Source of the DNA: Anaerotignum sp.
Lineage (GTDB): Bacteria; Bacillota; Clostridia; Lachnospirales; Lachnospiraceae
NCBI GenBank assembly: GCA_963591145.1
Contig: CAVARE010000039.1
Location: 4,482-68,481, forward strand
Reading direction: 5' to 3'
DNA: 64,000 nucleotides
Shown: in pieces, positions 26,142 through 35,216 of the stretch
How positions within the stretch are numbered: position 1 is the stretch's first letter
Layout of the letters: each line of letters opens with the position of its first letter
Notes under the pieces: generated by a model
Databases searched by the model: none
Told to the model about the DNA's origin: nothing
What the model saw: only the letters and a program-made list of their open reading frames with translations
Position numbers and translations under genes: made by a program

Positions 26142-27464
26142 CTATTCTGCAGTACTTGTCAGATGTTTTGCTTCTATCTCCTCTTCTCCAACAGAAACAT
26201 TCAATTTCAGAACATTCAGCGTCTCTTCGCCTGCTGTGAGCGTCAGTTTTACCAGATACTGCGAGCCTTCCTCATCTGTTGACGAACCCAGATAGAGTGC
26301 ATAAGTCATTCCATCTACGTCTGCATACAACTTATATGCCTGTGCTCCATCATCATTTGATACAGCCTTCATGCCCAGCGTAATATTGAATACTGAGTTG
26401 CCAGCACATTCTCCCGCTATAACATATTTAATTTCATCGGCAGAGCTGTCATCAAGCGCTCCGACAATATTAATTGTCTGACCCTGCTGGGTGATATCGC
26501 CTACGAGCTCATAGCTCTCGCTATCATATGTTCCGTTAAATGCCAGCTCTTCTCCATTTTCGACAATAGTGCCTGATATGCTAATGCCTTTATCCCCGGC
26601 TGAGAAGTTCATCTTATATGACTGCTCACCGTCACCAGCCTCAACGGTCATATTCATGCCATCTTCGTCTGACTGCATTTCGAGCTTCTCATAAACTTCT
26701 CCGCTTGTGGCAGCAATAGAATATGAAACATCTCCAGAAGCTGCTATAACACATTTGCAGTTTATATCTCCATCGATATCGTCTGCGCTGAGATTCTTAA
26801 TCTCTTCAGCCAGCTCAGCCAGCGACTGCTGTATAGCTTCATTACCTCCCTCGATGCCAAACATTTGCCACAGGCTGGTGGATGTAATCGCATCAACTGC
26901 TTCATCATTCTGTGACAGATCAGAAAGTACGAGCGCGATATATTTAATGAGTGACTCTGTGTCGAATTCAATCGTTATCGTACCGTCATCATCTGCCGTC
27001 ACGAGACCTTCCTGATTGGCAAGCAGCAGTATCTGAGTTAATTCTGCTGATAATGCTTCCGACAGTGCCTGCATATCATTCTGGAATTCTTCTGAGCCGA
27101 AATACTGCAGGATACCGGAGGACAGCATCTCTTCCATCGGAAGCTCTATTTCATCCACTTCATCAGATGACTCAATCGCACCGATCAGGTCAGAGTAATA
27201 TATCTCCGTCAGATTATTCTTTTCGCCATATACGATGCCTTCACTTCCGATCTGTACTATCAGCTGCGAATCATCCATCTCGTTGTTCACATAGATAACC
27301 GTGCATCCGTCATCGTCAGTTCCGAGCTGTATGCTGCCATCAAATGACTGCTCATCATAAACCTCAAGGCTTCCGCTTATGGTCTGGAAAGTAGATGCAA
27401 ATGCCGTTGAGGCGCACATGAGCATCATGGCACAACTTATAATTAATGCTACTATTTTCTTCAT
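26142..27464 (-). CDS. secreted acidic protein of unknown function
   Basis: 440 aa; signal peptide MKKIVALIISCAMMLMCASTAFA; D/E-rich; GAGAGGA RBS; no recognisable domain. Confidence 0.75.
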   Translation of the reverse strand: MKKIVALIISCAMMLMCASTAFASTFQTISGSLEVYDEQSFDGSIQLGTDDDGCTVIYVNNEMDDSQLIVQIGSEGIVYGEKNNLTEIYYSDLIGAIESSDEVDEIELPMEEMLSSGILQYFGSEEFQNDMQALSEALSAELTQILLLANQEGLVTADDDGTITIEFDTESLIKYIALVLSDLSQNDEAVDAITSTSLWQMFGIEGGNEAIQQSLAELAEEIKNLSADDIDGDINCKCVIAASGDVSYSIAATSGEVYEKLEMQSDEDGMNMTVEAGDGEQSYKMNFSAGDKGISISGTIVENGEELAFNGTYDSESYELVGDITQQGQTINIVGALDDSSADEIKYVIAGECAGNSVFNITLGMKAVSNDDGAQAYKLYADVDGMTYALYLGSSTDEEGSQYLVKLTLTAGEETLNVLKLNVSVGEEEIEAKHLTSTAE

Positions 27465-27515
27465 TTATTAATCCTCTCTAGATTTCTATCTTTTCGCTGA
27501 ATTGAAGAGAAACTG

Positions 27516-27606
27516 ACCCGTGCTGGGACGGCGCAGACACTGCGAGAAAACAATCAGCGAAGGCGTTTTCGAACAGTGTCTGCACGCCGAGGCTCACAGC
27601 ACGGGT
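27516..27606 (-). repeat. family B structured interspersed repeat (copy B2, inverted relative to B1)
   Basis: ACCCGTGCTG...CAGCACGGGT terminal inverted repeats; core CTGCGAGAAAACAATCAGCGAAGGCGTTTTCGAACAG. Confidence 0.85.
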
Positions 27607-27632
27607 TCATTATATTCTTCCTTTAAAGTAAC

Positions 27633-27670
27633 CAAAGAAAATCCTCACATACCATAAAATATGTGAGGAT
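27633..27670 (-). terminator. intrinsic terminator after pta
   Basis: minus strand ATCCTCACATA...TATGTGAGGAT followed by TTTTCTTTGG. Confidence 0.8.
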
Positions 27671-27686
27671 AATATGCAGTTATTAA

Positions 27687-28697
27687 TTAGTCATTCTTTT
27701 TAGCATTTGCAGCACGTACGCAGCACATAACGATGTTTCCTACTAATTCAGAAACAGGTGCTGAACGTGAGCAGTCAGAAGCGATCTTCTTGAAGCCCTG
27801 TACGAATGGTCCCGGTGCATCAGCATGAGCGAAGAACTGAACCAGTTTAACGCCGATGTTGCCGACATTGATATCTGGCCAGATAATGATATTTGCCTTA
27901 CCTGCAACCTTAGATTCTCTCTTAACCTTCTTAGCTGCTACCTTAGGGTCGATAGCTGCATCCAGCTGGAACTCACCATCAATTGCCAGGTCAGGACGAC
28001 GCTCATTTGCAATACGTACAGACTCTCTAACGTCATCAACCATCTCATGCTCCATACTTCCATCTGTTGAGAATGAAAGCATAGCGCATCTCGGCTCCCA
28101 TCCGAACAGGTCTCTAACTGTTTCACATGATGAGATAGCGATTGAAGCACGCTCAGCAGGGGTTGGCTTGGTGCATACAGCGCTGTCGCCGAAGAGAAGG
28201 TACTGGCCTTCTGAGCCTTCGAAGCCAGGAATGATGAACAGACCTGTTGATGAAGGTGTATCGATGCCATCCTTAAGGCCGATGATTGTTGTAGCTGCAA
28301 GGATAACATCACCTGTTGTATGAACAAGACCTGCAAATGTTACATCTGCCATGCCGATGCATTCCATAACCATGGCTGTATACATAGCATCCTTGCTCTT
28401 TCTGTTAAGAGCCTTGATTGACAGATCATCTGAATATTCAGCGATATATTTCTCGAAGATCTCATTTTTCTTATCAGCATCGTTGTTGTCGAAAATCTCC
28501 ATACCCGAGATATCAACGCCAGCTTCCTTAGCTGCTGCCTGAATAGCTTCAGGATCACCAACGAGGATAGGCTTGCAATAGCCATTCTTAACGGCTTCGT
28601 TAACAGCCTGAAGCATCTTAGGATCATCAGCTTCCGGGAAAGCTACAACCTGTGGATCTGCCTTAGCCTGCTCGTAAATCTTAGTCATTAAATCCAT
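27687..28697 (-). CDS. pta: phosphate acetyl/acyl-transferase (PTA_PTB family, short Pta type)
   Basis: 336 aa; typical Pta N-terminus ..VVAFPEADDPKMLQA..; C-terminus SRSAPVSELVG. Confidence 0.8.
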   Translation of the reverse strand: MDLMTKIYEQAKADPQVVAFPEADDPKMLQAVNEAVKNGYCKPILVGDPEAIQAAAKEAGVDISGMEIFDNNDADKKNEIFEKYIAEYSDDLSIKALNRKSKDAMYTAMVMECIGMADVTFAGLVHTTGDVILAATTIIGLKDGIDTPSSTGLFIIPGFEGSEGQYLLFGDSAVCTKPTPAERASIAISSCETVRDLFGWEPRCAMLSFSTDGSMEHEMVDDVRESVRIANERRPDLAIDGEFQLDAAIDPKVAAKKVKRESKVAGKANIIIWPDINVGNIGVKLVQFFAHADAPGPFVQGFKKIASDCSRSAPVSELVGNIVMCCVRAANAKKND

Positions 28698-28718
28698 AAT
28701 TAAAATTCTCCTTTACAA

Positions 28719-28755
28719 TCCAAAACAGCCTGGCATCGTAAAAATGCCAAGCTGT
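28719..28755 (-). terminator. intrinsic terminator or attenuator between the ACP gene and pta
   Basis: minus strand ACAGCTTGGCAT-TTTTACG-ATGCCAGGCTGT followed by TTTTGG. Confidence 0.6.
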
Positions 28756-28783
28756 CAGTTACATATTTATTTGGCTTGAATAA

Positions 28784-29032
28784 TTATTCGTCGCAAAGCT
28801 CTGCAATGTATTCAGCTGCATCAGCAAATGTAGCCTTTCTATTGAACTCCATGTAAGGAACCTCAACATCGAACTCATCCTCAAGTGTTGTTGTGAACTG
28901 TACGATATGAGCAGATTTGCATCCTAAGTCATCCTTAAATTTTGTTTCTGGGCCTAATGTAGAAGGATCAAGCTTGAACATCTTAGCAGCCTTGTCTACA
29001 AGAATTTTGATTACATTCTCTCTAAATTCCAT
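28784..29032 (-). CDS. acyl carrier protein-like (phosphopantetheine attachment motif DLGCKS)
   Basis: 82 aa from ATG 29032 (AAGGAAG RBS); FKDDLGCKSAHIVQFTTTLEDEFDVEV. Confidence 0.7.
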   Translation of the reverse strand: MEFRENVIKILVDKAAKMFKLDPSTLGPETKFKDDLGCKSAHIVQFTTTLEDEFDVEVPYMEFNRKATFADAAEYIAELCDE

Positions 29033-29112
29033 TAATATTGCTTCCTTTCTTATTCCATCATTTATACTAAATCGAGGAAAGCTCATGTATTGAGTTTTCC
29101 TCTCAAAATTAA

Positions 29113-29469
29113 TTAGTTCTGTGCTGGTAACAGGATAACAAGCATCTGTGCTGTGTCTGGTCCAACGTTAGTAACGTTCTTAGGTGAACCACCAGCGATA
29201 TGAACGCTGTCACCATCTGTAAGAAGTGTTTCTACTCCGTCCTCGCCCTTGAACATCATCTGTCCGTGAAGGATGTAGTAGATAGATTCAGCTGGGTTAG
29301 CTGCAAAATCTGTGCCGCCGCCTGCTGGAAGGAAATGTGTTAAACCATTGATCAGTCTGCCGCCATCAACGTCCTTAGGATCGTGAAGTCTTGTGCACTT
29401 GCAATCATTGTGTCCAGGTGCTGTATAAGTATAGTAAGCATCTTTTTTTGTAATCTTATAACCTGCCAT
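29113..29469 (-). CDS. cupin domain protein
   Basis: 118 aa from ATG 29469 (AGGAGG RBS); single cupin barrel (HFLPAGGG..., YYILHGQMMFKGEDG). Confidence 0.7.
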   Translation of the reverse strand: MAGYKITKKDAYYTYTAPGHNDCKCTRLHDPKDVDGGRLINGLTHFLPAGGGTDFAANPAESIYYILHGQMMFKGEDGVETLLTDGDSVHIAGGSPKNVTNVGPDTAQMLVILLPAQN

Positions 29470-29593
29470 TGTTATATTCCTCCTAAAATTATTTAACATA
29501 TAAACTGAATTAAAAATAATCCTTGATAACTATAGCACATACCTCCAGAATATACAAACACAGATTTTTTATTATTTTCTGTTATCTGCATGT

Positions 29594-30406
29594 TCATCTA
29601 TAATCTGTTGTTTGCCTGCCGATCGGTCGGATGGCGAAGAAATATATCGTCCATGCGGCCGCAAGCGTTACCAGCATTTCCAGCACATACATCCACACAT
29701 GACTGTATTCCAGTCCTGAATACGTAAGCACAACAGATATGGCATTTGCCCCCATATGAACCGCAATAGAGGCCCACAGATTTCTGACCTGATAATATGC
29801 TGCGCTGCTCAGCATTCCTATGAAAAAGGCGAAAAGGCCCTGAGTCAGATTGAAATGATATACCCCGAACAGCGCTGCGCTGATAAGTGCAGCTATCCAG
29901 TATCCGCCCAGATATTTCTCGATCCTTCTATATATAATTCCTCTGAACAGAAGCTCTTCAGACAACGGTGCCAGTATCACAACCTGAATCGTTACCAGCA
30001 CTGCATCTGCCGAAAATATTGTTTTAGACAGCTCGTTATAGCTCGAGCCCAGAAGTCCATCCAGATTCAGAAATGACACGGCCTCACTAAGACCGCGGGA
30101 TGCCAACACTCCCATGATAAAAATCAGCAGCATATACCATGGCTTTTTTATCACATAATCAGACCTTGGGTTAAAGTCATTCTTAAATATCCTGTAAAGC
30201 AGCGGTATGGAAATAATCAGAAATACCATGGTTGCGATGGTTTGAGCATTTCGCATAAGCCATGAATTTTCGCCGCCTGCGACAGGCGCCCATGCCACCA
30301 GGAGCATCTGCACCAGCCAGACAATAATCACATCCAGCAGCAGATACATTATAGGAGGATATATTATCCGCCAGATTTTTCGCCAAATAGTATCTTCCAT
30401 CATCAT
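29594..30406 (-). CDS. CPBP family intramembrane metalloprotease (CAAX protease/Abi)
   Basis: 270 aa; motifs SEELLFRG, FGVYHF, HMGANA; multi-TM. Confidence 0.85.
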   Translation of the reverse strand: MMMEDTIWRKIWRIIYPPIMYLLLDVIIVWLVQMLLVAWAPVAGGENSWLMRNAQTIATMVFLIISIPLLYRIFKNDFNPRSDYVIKKPWYMLLIFIMGVLASRGLSEAVSFLNLDGLLGSSYNELSKTIFSADAVLVTIQVVILAPLSEELLFRGIIYRRIEKYLGGYWIAALISAALFGVYHFNLTQGLFAFFIGMLSSAAYYQVRNLWASIAVHMGANAISVVLTYSGLEYSHVWMYVLEMLVTLAAAWTIYFFAIRPIGRQTTDYR

Positions 30407-31203
30407 TCCGCGAATATATCTCCTTCATTCAGCCAGTCCAGGCATTCCTTGACATGCTCATCCCAGAATCTCCACGTATGCTCTCCAGGATATGTTCTGA
30501 ATTCATTGTCAATCTTAAGCTCGTCTAATTTATTCATGAATTCCTCATTATCCCTCACCATATGATCCTGGTCTGCAATGATAACAAGAATTTTCGGAAG
30601 CTTGGTGCCGCTTTCGGCTGCCTTCTGTGCAATTACTTTCAGATCAAGATCTGAGCCTGTCAGCTCCTTCCAGTCACCTAATATATAATCAGGCAGTACG
30701 CCCATCGCTCCTGCAAATCTCGCGGAAAATTCTATGTCAGAGGTAGGAGACATAGATATTACCTTGGAAAACATCTCAGGATATGAAAGTCCAAATCTCA
30801 ATGCGCCGTATCCGCCCATACTCATTCCCCACAGGAAGTTATCCTCCCGCTTTTCCGAAAGTGGAAACAGGGCTCTTACGAATCCCATCAGCTCCTGTGT
30901 TATAAAGTCTGAATAATTGGCGCCGTAGACTGTATTAATATAGAAATTATTGCCGCAGCTGGGAATGACCAGTGCCATGCCCGCGTCCTGCGCCAGACGC
31001 ACTACGTTCGTATTTTCCACCCACTGCGCACCGCTGTCCATCATGCCATGCAGCAGAAATATTGTCTTAAATGGTTCAAATGTATATCTTTCCTTATAAT
31101 CGCTCACGGGATTCATAAAATTATCCCGACTCGGAAGATATACCTTTACATTAACACGTGTTCTTAAAATTCCTGACTCAAAATTACAATCGAAGGATAT
31201 CAT
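30403..31203 (-). CDS. intracellular esterase (putative-esterase/tributyrin-esterase EstA-like)
   Basis: 266 aa from ATG 31203 (AAGGAG RBS); FLLHGMMDSG, GMSMGGYGAL. Confidence 0.8.
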   Translation of the reverse strand: MISFDCNFESGILRTRVNVKVYLPSRDNFMNPVSDYKERYTFEPFKTIFLLHGMMDSGAQWVENTNVVRLAQDAGMALVIPSCGNNFYINTVYGANYSDFITQELMGFVRALFPLSEKREDNFLWGMSMGGYGALRFGLSYPEMFSKVISMSPTSDIEFSARFAGAMGVLPDYILGDWKELTGSDLDLKVIAQKAAESGTKLPKILVIIADQDHMVRDNEEFMNKLDELKIDNEFRTYPGEHTWRFWDEHVKECLDWLNEGDIFAE

Positions 31204-31275
31204 TTGCCTCGTTACTCCTTGTTTATCCATCCATCAATCTGAAAGGCAGTATTCTTGCCTATCGTTTTTATGATT

Positions 31276-32541
31276 TCAGGCTTGTTTTGCTCTTATTATT
31301 TCAAATGTATTTAATTCAGTTCCAAAATTTACATAGAATTTCTGCTTTGAATGCGGGCATGACTCGATATGATTTCTGTCTTCATCAAGCATGTCCAGAA
31401 CGGTTACTTCTGTATTCTCGCCGTTATGCCTCATTATTTCTACCTTATCGCCTACACAGAATTTGTTCTTCTGCTCTAACATATAGTAGACCTGGCCATC
31501 CTCAGAGATATATTTCTTATCCGCGTCAGCCATACCCAGGTAGATCCATTCCTTCACATATGTGTTGGCATCATATATCTGTGTCGTCTGATCAGGCTTA
31601 CCGAAGAAAAATCCTGTCGTATATTCTCTATATGTGCACTTGGAGATCTCATTTCTGTAAAAATCAAGACGTGACCTATAATATTCAGGATCCTTAAGAT
31701 AATCATCAATTGCCAAACGATATGTACGGGCAACGCTCGCCACATACAACGCGCTCTTCATACGACCCTCAACCTTGAGGCTGTCTATGCCGGCCTCCAG
31801 GATCTCAGGGATATATTCGATCATACACAGATCCTTAGAATTAAAAATATATGTACCTCTTTCATTTTCAACAACAGGCATATATTCACCTGGACGTTTC
31901 TCCTCTACAACAGAATATTTCCATCTGCAAGGATGTGTGCAGTCACCCATGTTGCCGCTTCGTCCCGTCATATAGGCAGACAGCAGACATCTGCCAGAAT
32001 AAGAGATGCACATCGCGCCATGGATGAAGGATTCAATCTCCATATCCGCAGGAATCTTCTCTCTTAATTCCTTTATCTCCTTAAGACTCAATTCCCTGGC
32101 GCTCACTACTCTGGTCGCACCCAGATCATGCCAGAAATTATATGTACCATAATTAGTATTATTTGCCTGAGTGCTTATATGAATATCAATCTCAGGAACT
32201 ATCTTTCTGGCCAGAGTAAACAGACCCGGGTCCGAGATAATAAGCGCATCCGGCTTGATTTCCTTCAGCTCAGTGAAATATTTCTCTGCCTCATCCAGAT
32301 CCTTATTATGAGCCAATATATTGGCTGTTACATATACCTTGACGCCGTGTTCATGTGCAAATGCTATTCCAGCCTTCATGTCCTCAGGCGAGAAATTATG
32401 CGCATTTGCCCTGAGTGAAAATGCTTCACCACCGATATATACCGCGTCAGCGCCGTACATGACAGCCACCTTAAGTACAGGCAGCGAGCCTGCCGGTATT
32501 AATAATTCTGGTTTTTTATTTTTAAGATTATTGCCTTCCAC
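31276..32541 (-). CDS. peptidase U32 family protein (YrrO-like; family implicated in RNA 5-hydroxylation)
   Basis: 421 aa, GTG start; PELLIPAGS.. and ..E..HGAMC..SGRC motifs; located next to the trmR-like methyltransferase as in Bacillus yrrM-yrrN-yrrO. Confidence 0.85.
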   Translation of the reverse strand: MEGNNLKNKKPELLIPAGSLPVLKVAVMYGADAVYIGGEAFSLRANAHNFSPEDMKAGIAFAHEHGVKVYVTANILAHNKDLDEAEKYFTELKEIKPDALIISDPGLFTLARKIVPEIDIHISTQANNTNYGTYNFWHDLGATRVVSARELSLKEIKELREKIPADMEIESFIHGAMCISYSGRCLLSAYMTGRSGNMGDCTHPCRWKYSVVEEKRPGEYMPVVENERGTYIFNSKDLCMIEYIPEILEAGIDSLKVEGRMKSALYVASVARTYRLAIDDYLKDPEYYRSRLDFYRNEISKCTYREYTTGFFFGKPDQTTQIYDANTYVKEWIYLGMADADKKYISEDGQVYYMLEQKNKFCVGDKVEIMRHNGENTEVTVLDMLDEDRNHIESCPHSKQKFYVNFGTELNTFEIIRAKQA

Positions 32542-32562
32542 AGATAGTTCCTCTCTGATTTC

Positions 32563-33258
32563 TTATTTAATGCCGCAAATACACGTGCTCTCTTGTAAAT
32601 CAATCACCTTATCACAGATGTCACCTGCGTTATTCTTGTACGCCAGCACCACCCCGTCTCCGATGGTTATAATACTGGTGGTAAGCTCTGGCATATGCTT
32701 GACTTCCCAGATAAATTCCCTCATCCTGCTATGTATAGTTCTCTGCCGCCTCGGTGTTACATATCTTGACCTTATCAGTTCCCCGTCCTGAAGAACATTA
32801 TCCGCCAGCAATATGCCGCCTTCATTAAGAAGTCTCAGCAGATCCGGCAGCATCACGATATACTGTGCCTTAGCAGCATCCAGGAATATCATATCGAATC
32901 CTTCCTGCAGGTTCTTGATATTCTGAACAGCATCGCCTTCGATGAGCTTGATATTGTCATGCCCTGCCAGATTCTTCCTGGCTTCCTGAAGTCTGGGCTC
33001 GTAATTTTCCATAGTGACTATCTGAGTTTCTTCCAGGCATTCATTCATAAATAGCGTCGAATATCCTATCGCTGTTCCAATCTCCAGGATCCTCTTAGGC
33101 CTGTTCATCTTAAGCAAAACCTTCATGAAGGATTCCATCTCCTGCCTTATGATCGGCACATCATGCTCTTCGGCATATTCCCGCAGCTCAGCCAAATATC
33201 CAGGTGCATCCGGATCCAGGGAATGTATATATGCTGTTATGTTTTGATCAACTATCAT
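32563..33258 (-). CDS. trmR: SAM-dependent O-methyltransferase, YrrM/TrmR-like (class I, caffeoyl-CoA OMT family)
   Basis: 231 aa from ATG 33258 (alignment by eye to B. subtilis YrrM; a GTG at 33303 is the alternative start); ILEIGTAIGYST, FLDAAKAQY. Confidence 0.8.
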   Translation of the reverse strand: MIVDQNITAYIHSLDPDAPGYLAELREYAEEHDVPIIRQEMESFMKVLLKMNRPKRILEIGTAIGYSTLFMNECLEETQIVTMENYEPRLQEARKNLAGHDNIKLIEGDAVQNIKNLQEGFDMIFLDAAKAQYIVMLPDLLRLLNEGGILLADNVLQDGELIRSRYVTPRRQRTIHSRMREFIWEVKHMPELTTSIITIGDGVVLAYKNNAGDICDKVIDLQESTCICGIK

Positions 33259-33318
33259 TATATCTAAAATATTGCCATTTATCCGCGTGCCGGGACGGCT
33301 CACAACATTCTCTACCGA

Positions 33319-33352
33319 AAGACAGGATTGTTGATCACAACAATCCTGTCTT
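33319..33352 (-). terminator. perfect 13-bp hairpin downstream of the mltG-position gene (weak U tract)
   Basis: GACAGGATTGTTG-ATCA-CAACAATCCTGTC, followed on the minus strand by TTTCGG. Confidence 0.45.
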
Positions 33353-33377
33353 AAAATTACACGAATCTAAAATCTTC

Positions 33378-35174
33378 TCAGTCTGAGCCATACTCGTATC
33401 CTGAGAGGATATTGATTATCTTCTCTGTACTATAGCAAGGGCTGAGCACATATGTTCCTTCCTTATAATCTGCAGAATAGAAAATGCATCTTATCCTATA
33501 AATCAAAGCATTATCTATAAGTCCCAGATTCAGCAAATCATTTGCCACGGATTCATTAGTTGCATCTGCAGTGATCGTATAGTTGTATTTAGAATAATCC
33601 GCCGAATTAACCGGCACATCATATGCTATCTGCCTTGCCGCCATGAATCCTAGGACGCATATCGCGATCACGAGTACCAGCGGAATAAACCTGAGCGGGC
33701 TCTTAGCTTCCTTATAATAATATGCTTCTGCATTTCGGGATCTTCTGCGATAATCATAATCATCATATGAGTTGCGCTGTCTTCTTACAGGCCTCTCATC
33801 ATAATCATATCTGACTGGGCGGCTCTGCCTTCTGTCTCTGTCATATCTGCCCTGTTCATCATAACTATTAGTCCGACTGCTGCGTCGTGCCTCATGACGA
33901 CCACGATCATAATCAGTATTTCTGTTCGGTCTTTTCTCAGTCTCTGCGTAACTGCTGCGCGCAACTTTTTCGCTAATTCTGTCCTTATCAGAATACAATT
34001 TACGCTGATTGCCATATATGCTGTCGTTTGCTTGAGTCCGTCTTGTGCTGCTGCGCTGTTCATCCTGGCTGGTTCTGTTTCTTACCTCAGATGCCTTCTC
34101 TGTCTGCATCTTTTCTGACTCTTTCGAAGGCAAAGAACCAACATTTTTCTTTTTCTTCGGTACCTCAGTTTTAGCTGATTCCTCCGTGTTTTCTGCATCT
34201 TTCGGCTTAGATATCTTAAATACCCTCGTAAGGGACGCATCATCATCTGCAGCCGCGTTTCTTACTGCCTGAACCTCTTCAAGCGATACGATAGTCTTAT
34301 CTGTAGCTGCATCACGGATCTTAGCATCTGCCATCCAGTCAGCATCCATCTGAAGCTGTGATGCTGCATTTCTTACTGTCTGAGCCTCATTCAGTGATAC
34401 GATGGTCTTGTCTGTGACCGCGTCCCTGATCTTAGCATCCGCCATCCAGTCGTCATCCATCTGAAGCTGCGATGCTGCATTTCTTACTGTCTGTGCCTCA
34501 TTAAGCGATACGATGGTCTTATCTGTAACTGCATCACGGATTTTCTCATCGGCTGTCCAGTCATCATCCATTTGGAGCTTCAGGGCTGCCCGCCTTACTG
34601 TCTGAGCCTCGCTTAGGGATACTATCGTTTTATCTGTGACTGCATCACGGATCTTAAACTCACCGTCCCAGTCATTATCAATGTCTGCATCCTGATTTTC
34701 TGTCAGCCCCGACTGTTCAGAAACATTTTCTCCTGCTGCCTCCGGCTGTTCCTCTGAAGCCTTGTCTTCCGTAATATCTACCTGACCCTGGGCAGAATTC
34801 TGAGCATTTGCCTCTTCTGCAGCAAGATCCTTTTGATTGTCGTCCGATGAGGATGCAGCAGAAGCTCTCTTAAATGTCAATGTATTCTCTACATTTACCG
34901 TGCCTGTGCTCTCAAGGTCTGCAGGGCTGTCTGATCTTCTCTTAGGAATGACTACCCTTGTGCTTTCACTTGATATGTCGCTACTGCTCCAGCTATCATC
35001 GGCATATTCTTCAGCCCAGCTCATATCGTTTGACGCAGACTCACCAATAGCTGAGGCCGCTTCATCAAATAAATCAGCCTCAGCTGCAGAATCTGTATTC
35101 TGTTTTATATTAGATTTATTAGAGCTTCTAAGACTCTGACTCTTTCTAGATGATCGATTATTGTGTTTGCTCAT
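33378..35174 (-). CDS. membrane protein with long disordered cytoplasmic N-terminus, four 40-aa tandem repeats, one TM segment and an MltG/YceG N-terminal (LysM-like) module only; no transglycosylase catalytic domain
   Basis: 598 aa from ATG 35174 (AGGAAAG RBS; ORF opens at 35207); TM FIPLVLVIAICVLGFMAA; C-terminus YTITADATNESVANDLLNLGLI...YKEGTYVLSPCYSTEKIINILSG then stop; sits where mltG (yrrL) lies in Bacillus. Confidence 0.7.
   Translation of the reverse strand: MSKHNNRSSRKSQSLRSSNKSNIKQNTDSAAEADLFDEAASAIGESASNDMSWAEEYADDSWSSSDISSESTRVVIPKRRSDSPADLESTGTVNVENTLTFKRASAASSSDDNQKDLAAEEANAQNSAQGQVDITEDKASEEQPEAAGENVSEQSGLTENQDADIDNDWDGEFKIRDAVTDKTIVSLSEAQTVRRAALKLQMDDDWTADEKIRDAVTDKTIVSLNEAQTVRNAASQLQMDDDWMADAKIRDAVTDKTIVSLNEAQTVRNAASQLQMDADWMADAKIRDAATDKTIVSLEEVQAVRNAAADDDASLTRVFKISKPKDAENTEESAKTEVPKKKKNVGSLPSKESEKMQTEKASEVRNRTSQDEQRSSTRRTQANDSIYGNQRKLYSDKDRISEKVARSSYAETEKRPNRNTDYDRGRHEARRSSRTNSYDEQGRYDRDRRQSRPVRYDYDERPVRRQRNSYDDYDYRRRSRNAEAYYYKEAKSPLRFIPLVLVIAICVLGFMAARQIAYDVPVNSADYSKYNYTITADATNESVANDLLNLGLIDNALIYRIRCIFYSADYKEGTYVLSPCYSTEKIINILSGYEYGSD
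34194..34673. repeat. four tandem 120-bp (40-aa) repeats within the mltG-position gene
   Basis: DW.AD.KIRDAVTDKTIVSLNEAQTVRNAASQLQMDD repeated four times. Confidence 0.9.
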
Positions 35175-35216
35175 TTTCTTTCCTAACCGGTTGTGCTGTC
35201 CACGCATGCCGATCGG

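Noticed and set aside
27687-28697. PlsX (acyl-ACP:phosphate acyltransferase) identity for the gene next to the ACP
   Set aside because: The N-terminal sequence and length are those of PTA_PTB phosphotransacetylases, not the MKIAVDAMGGD-type PlsX. Only a loose functional analogy is noted.
34194-34673. CRISPR-like or mobile repeat array
   Set aside because: The 120-bp repeats are contiguous with no spacers, in frame and coding. No cas genes are in the window.
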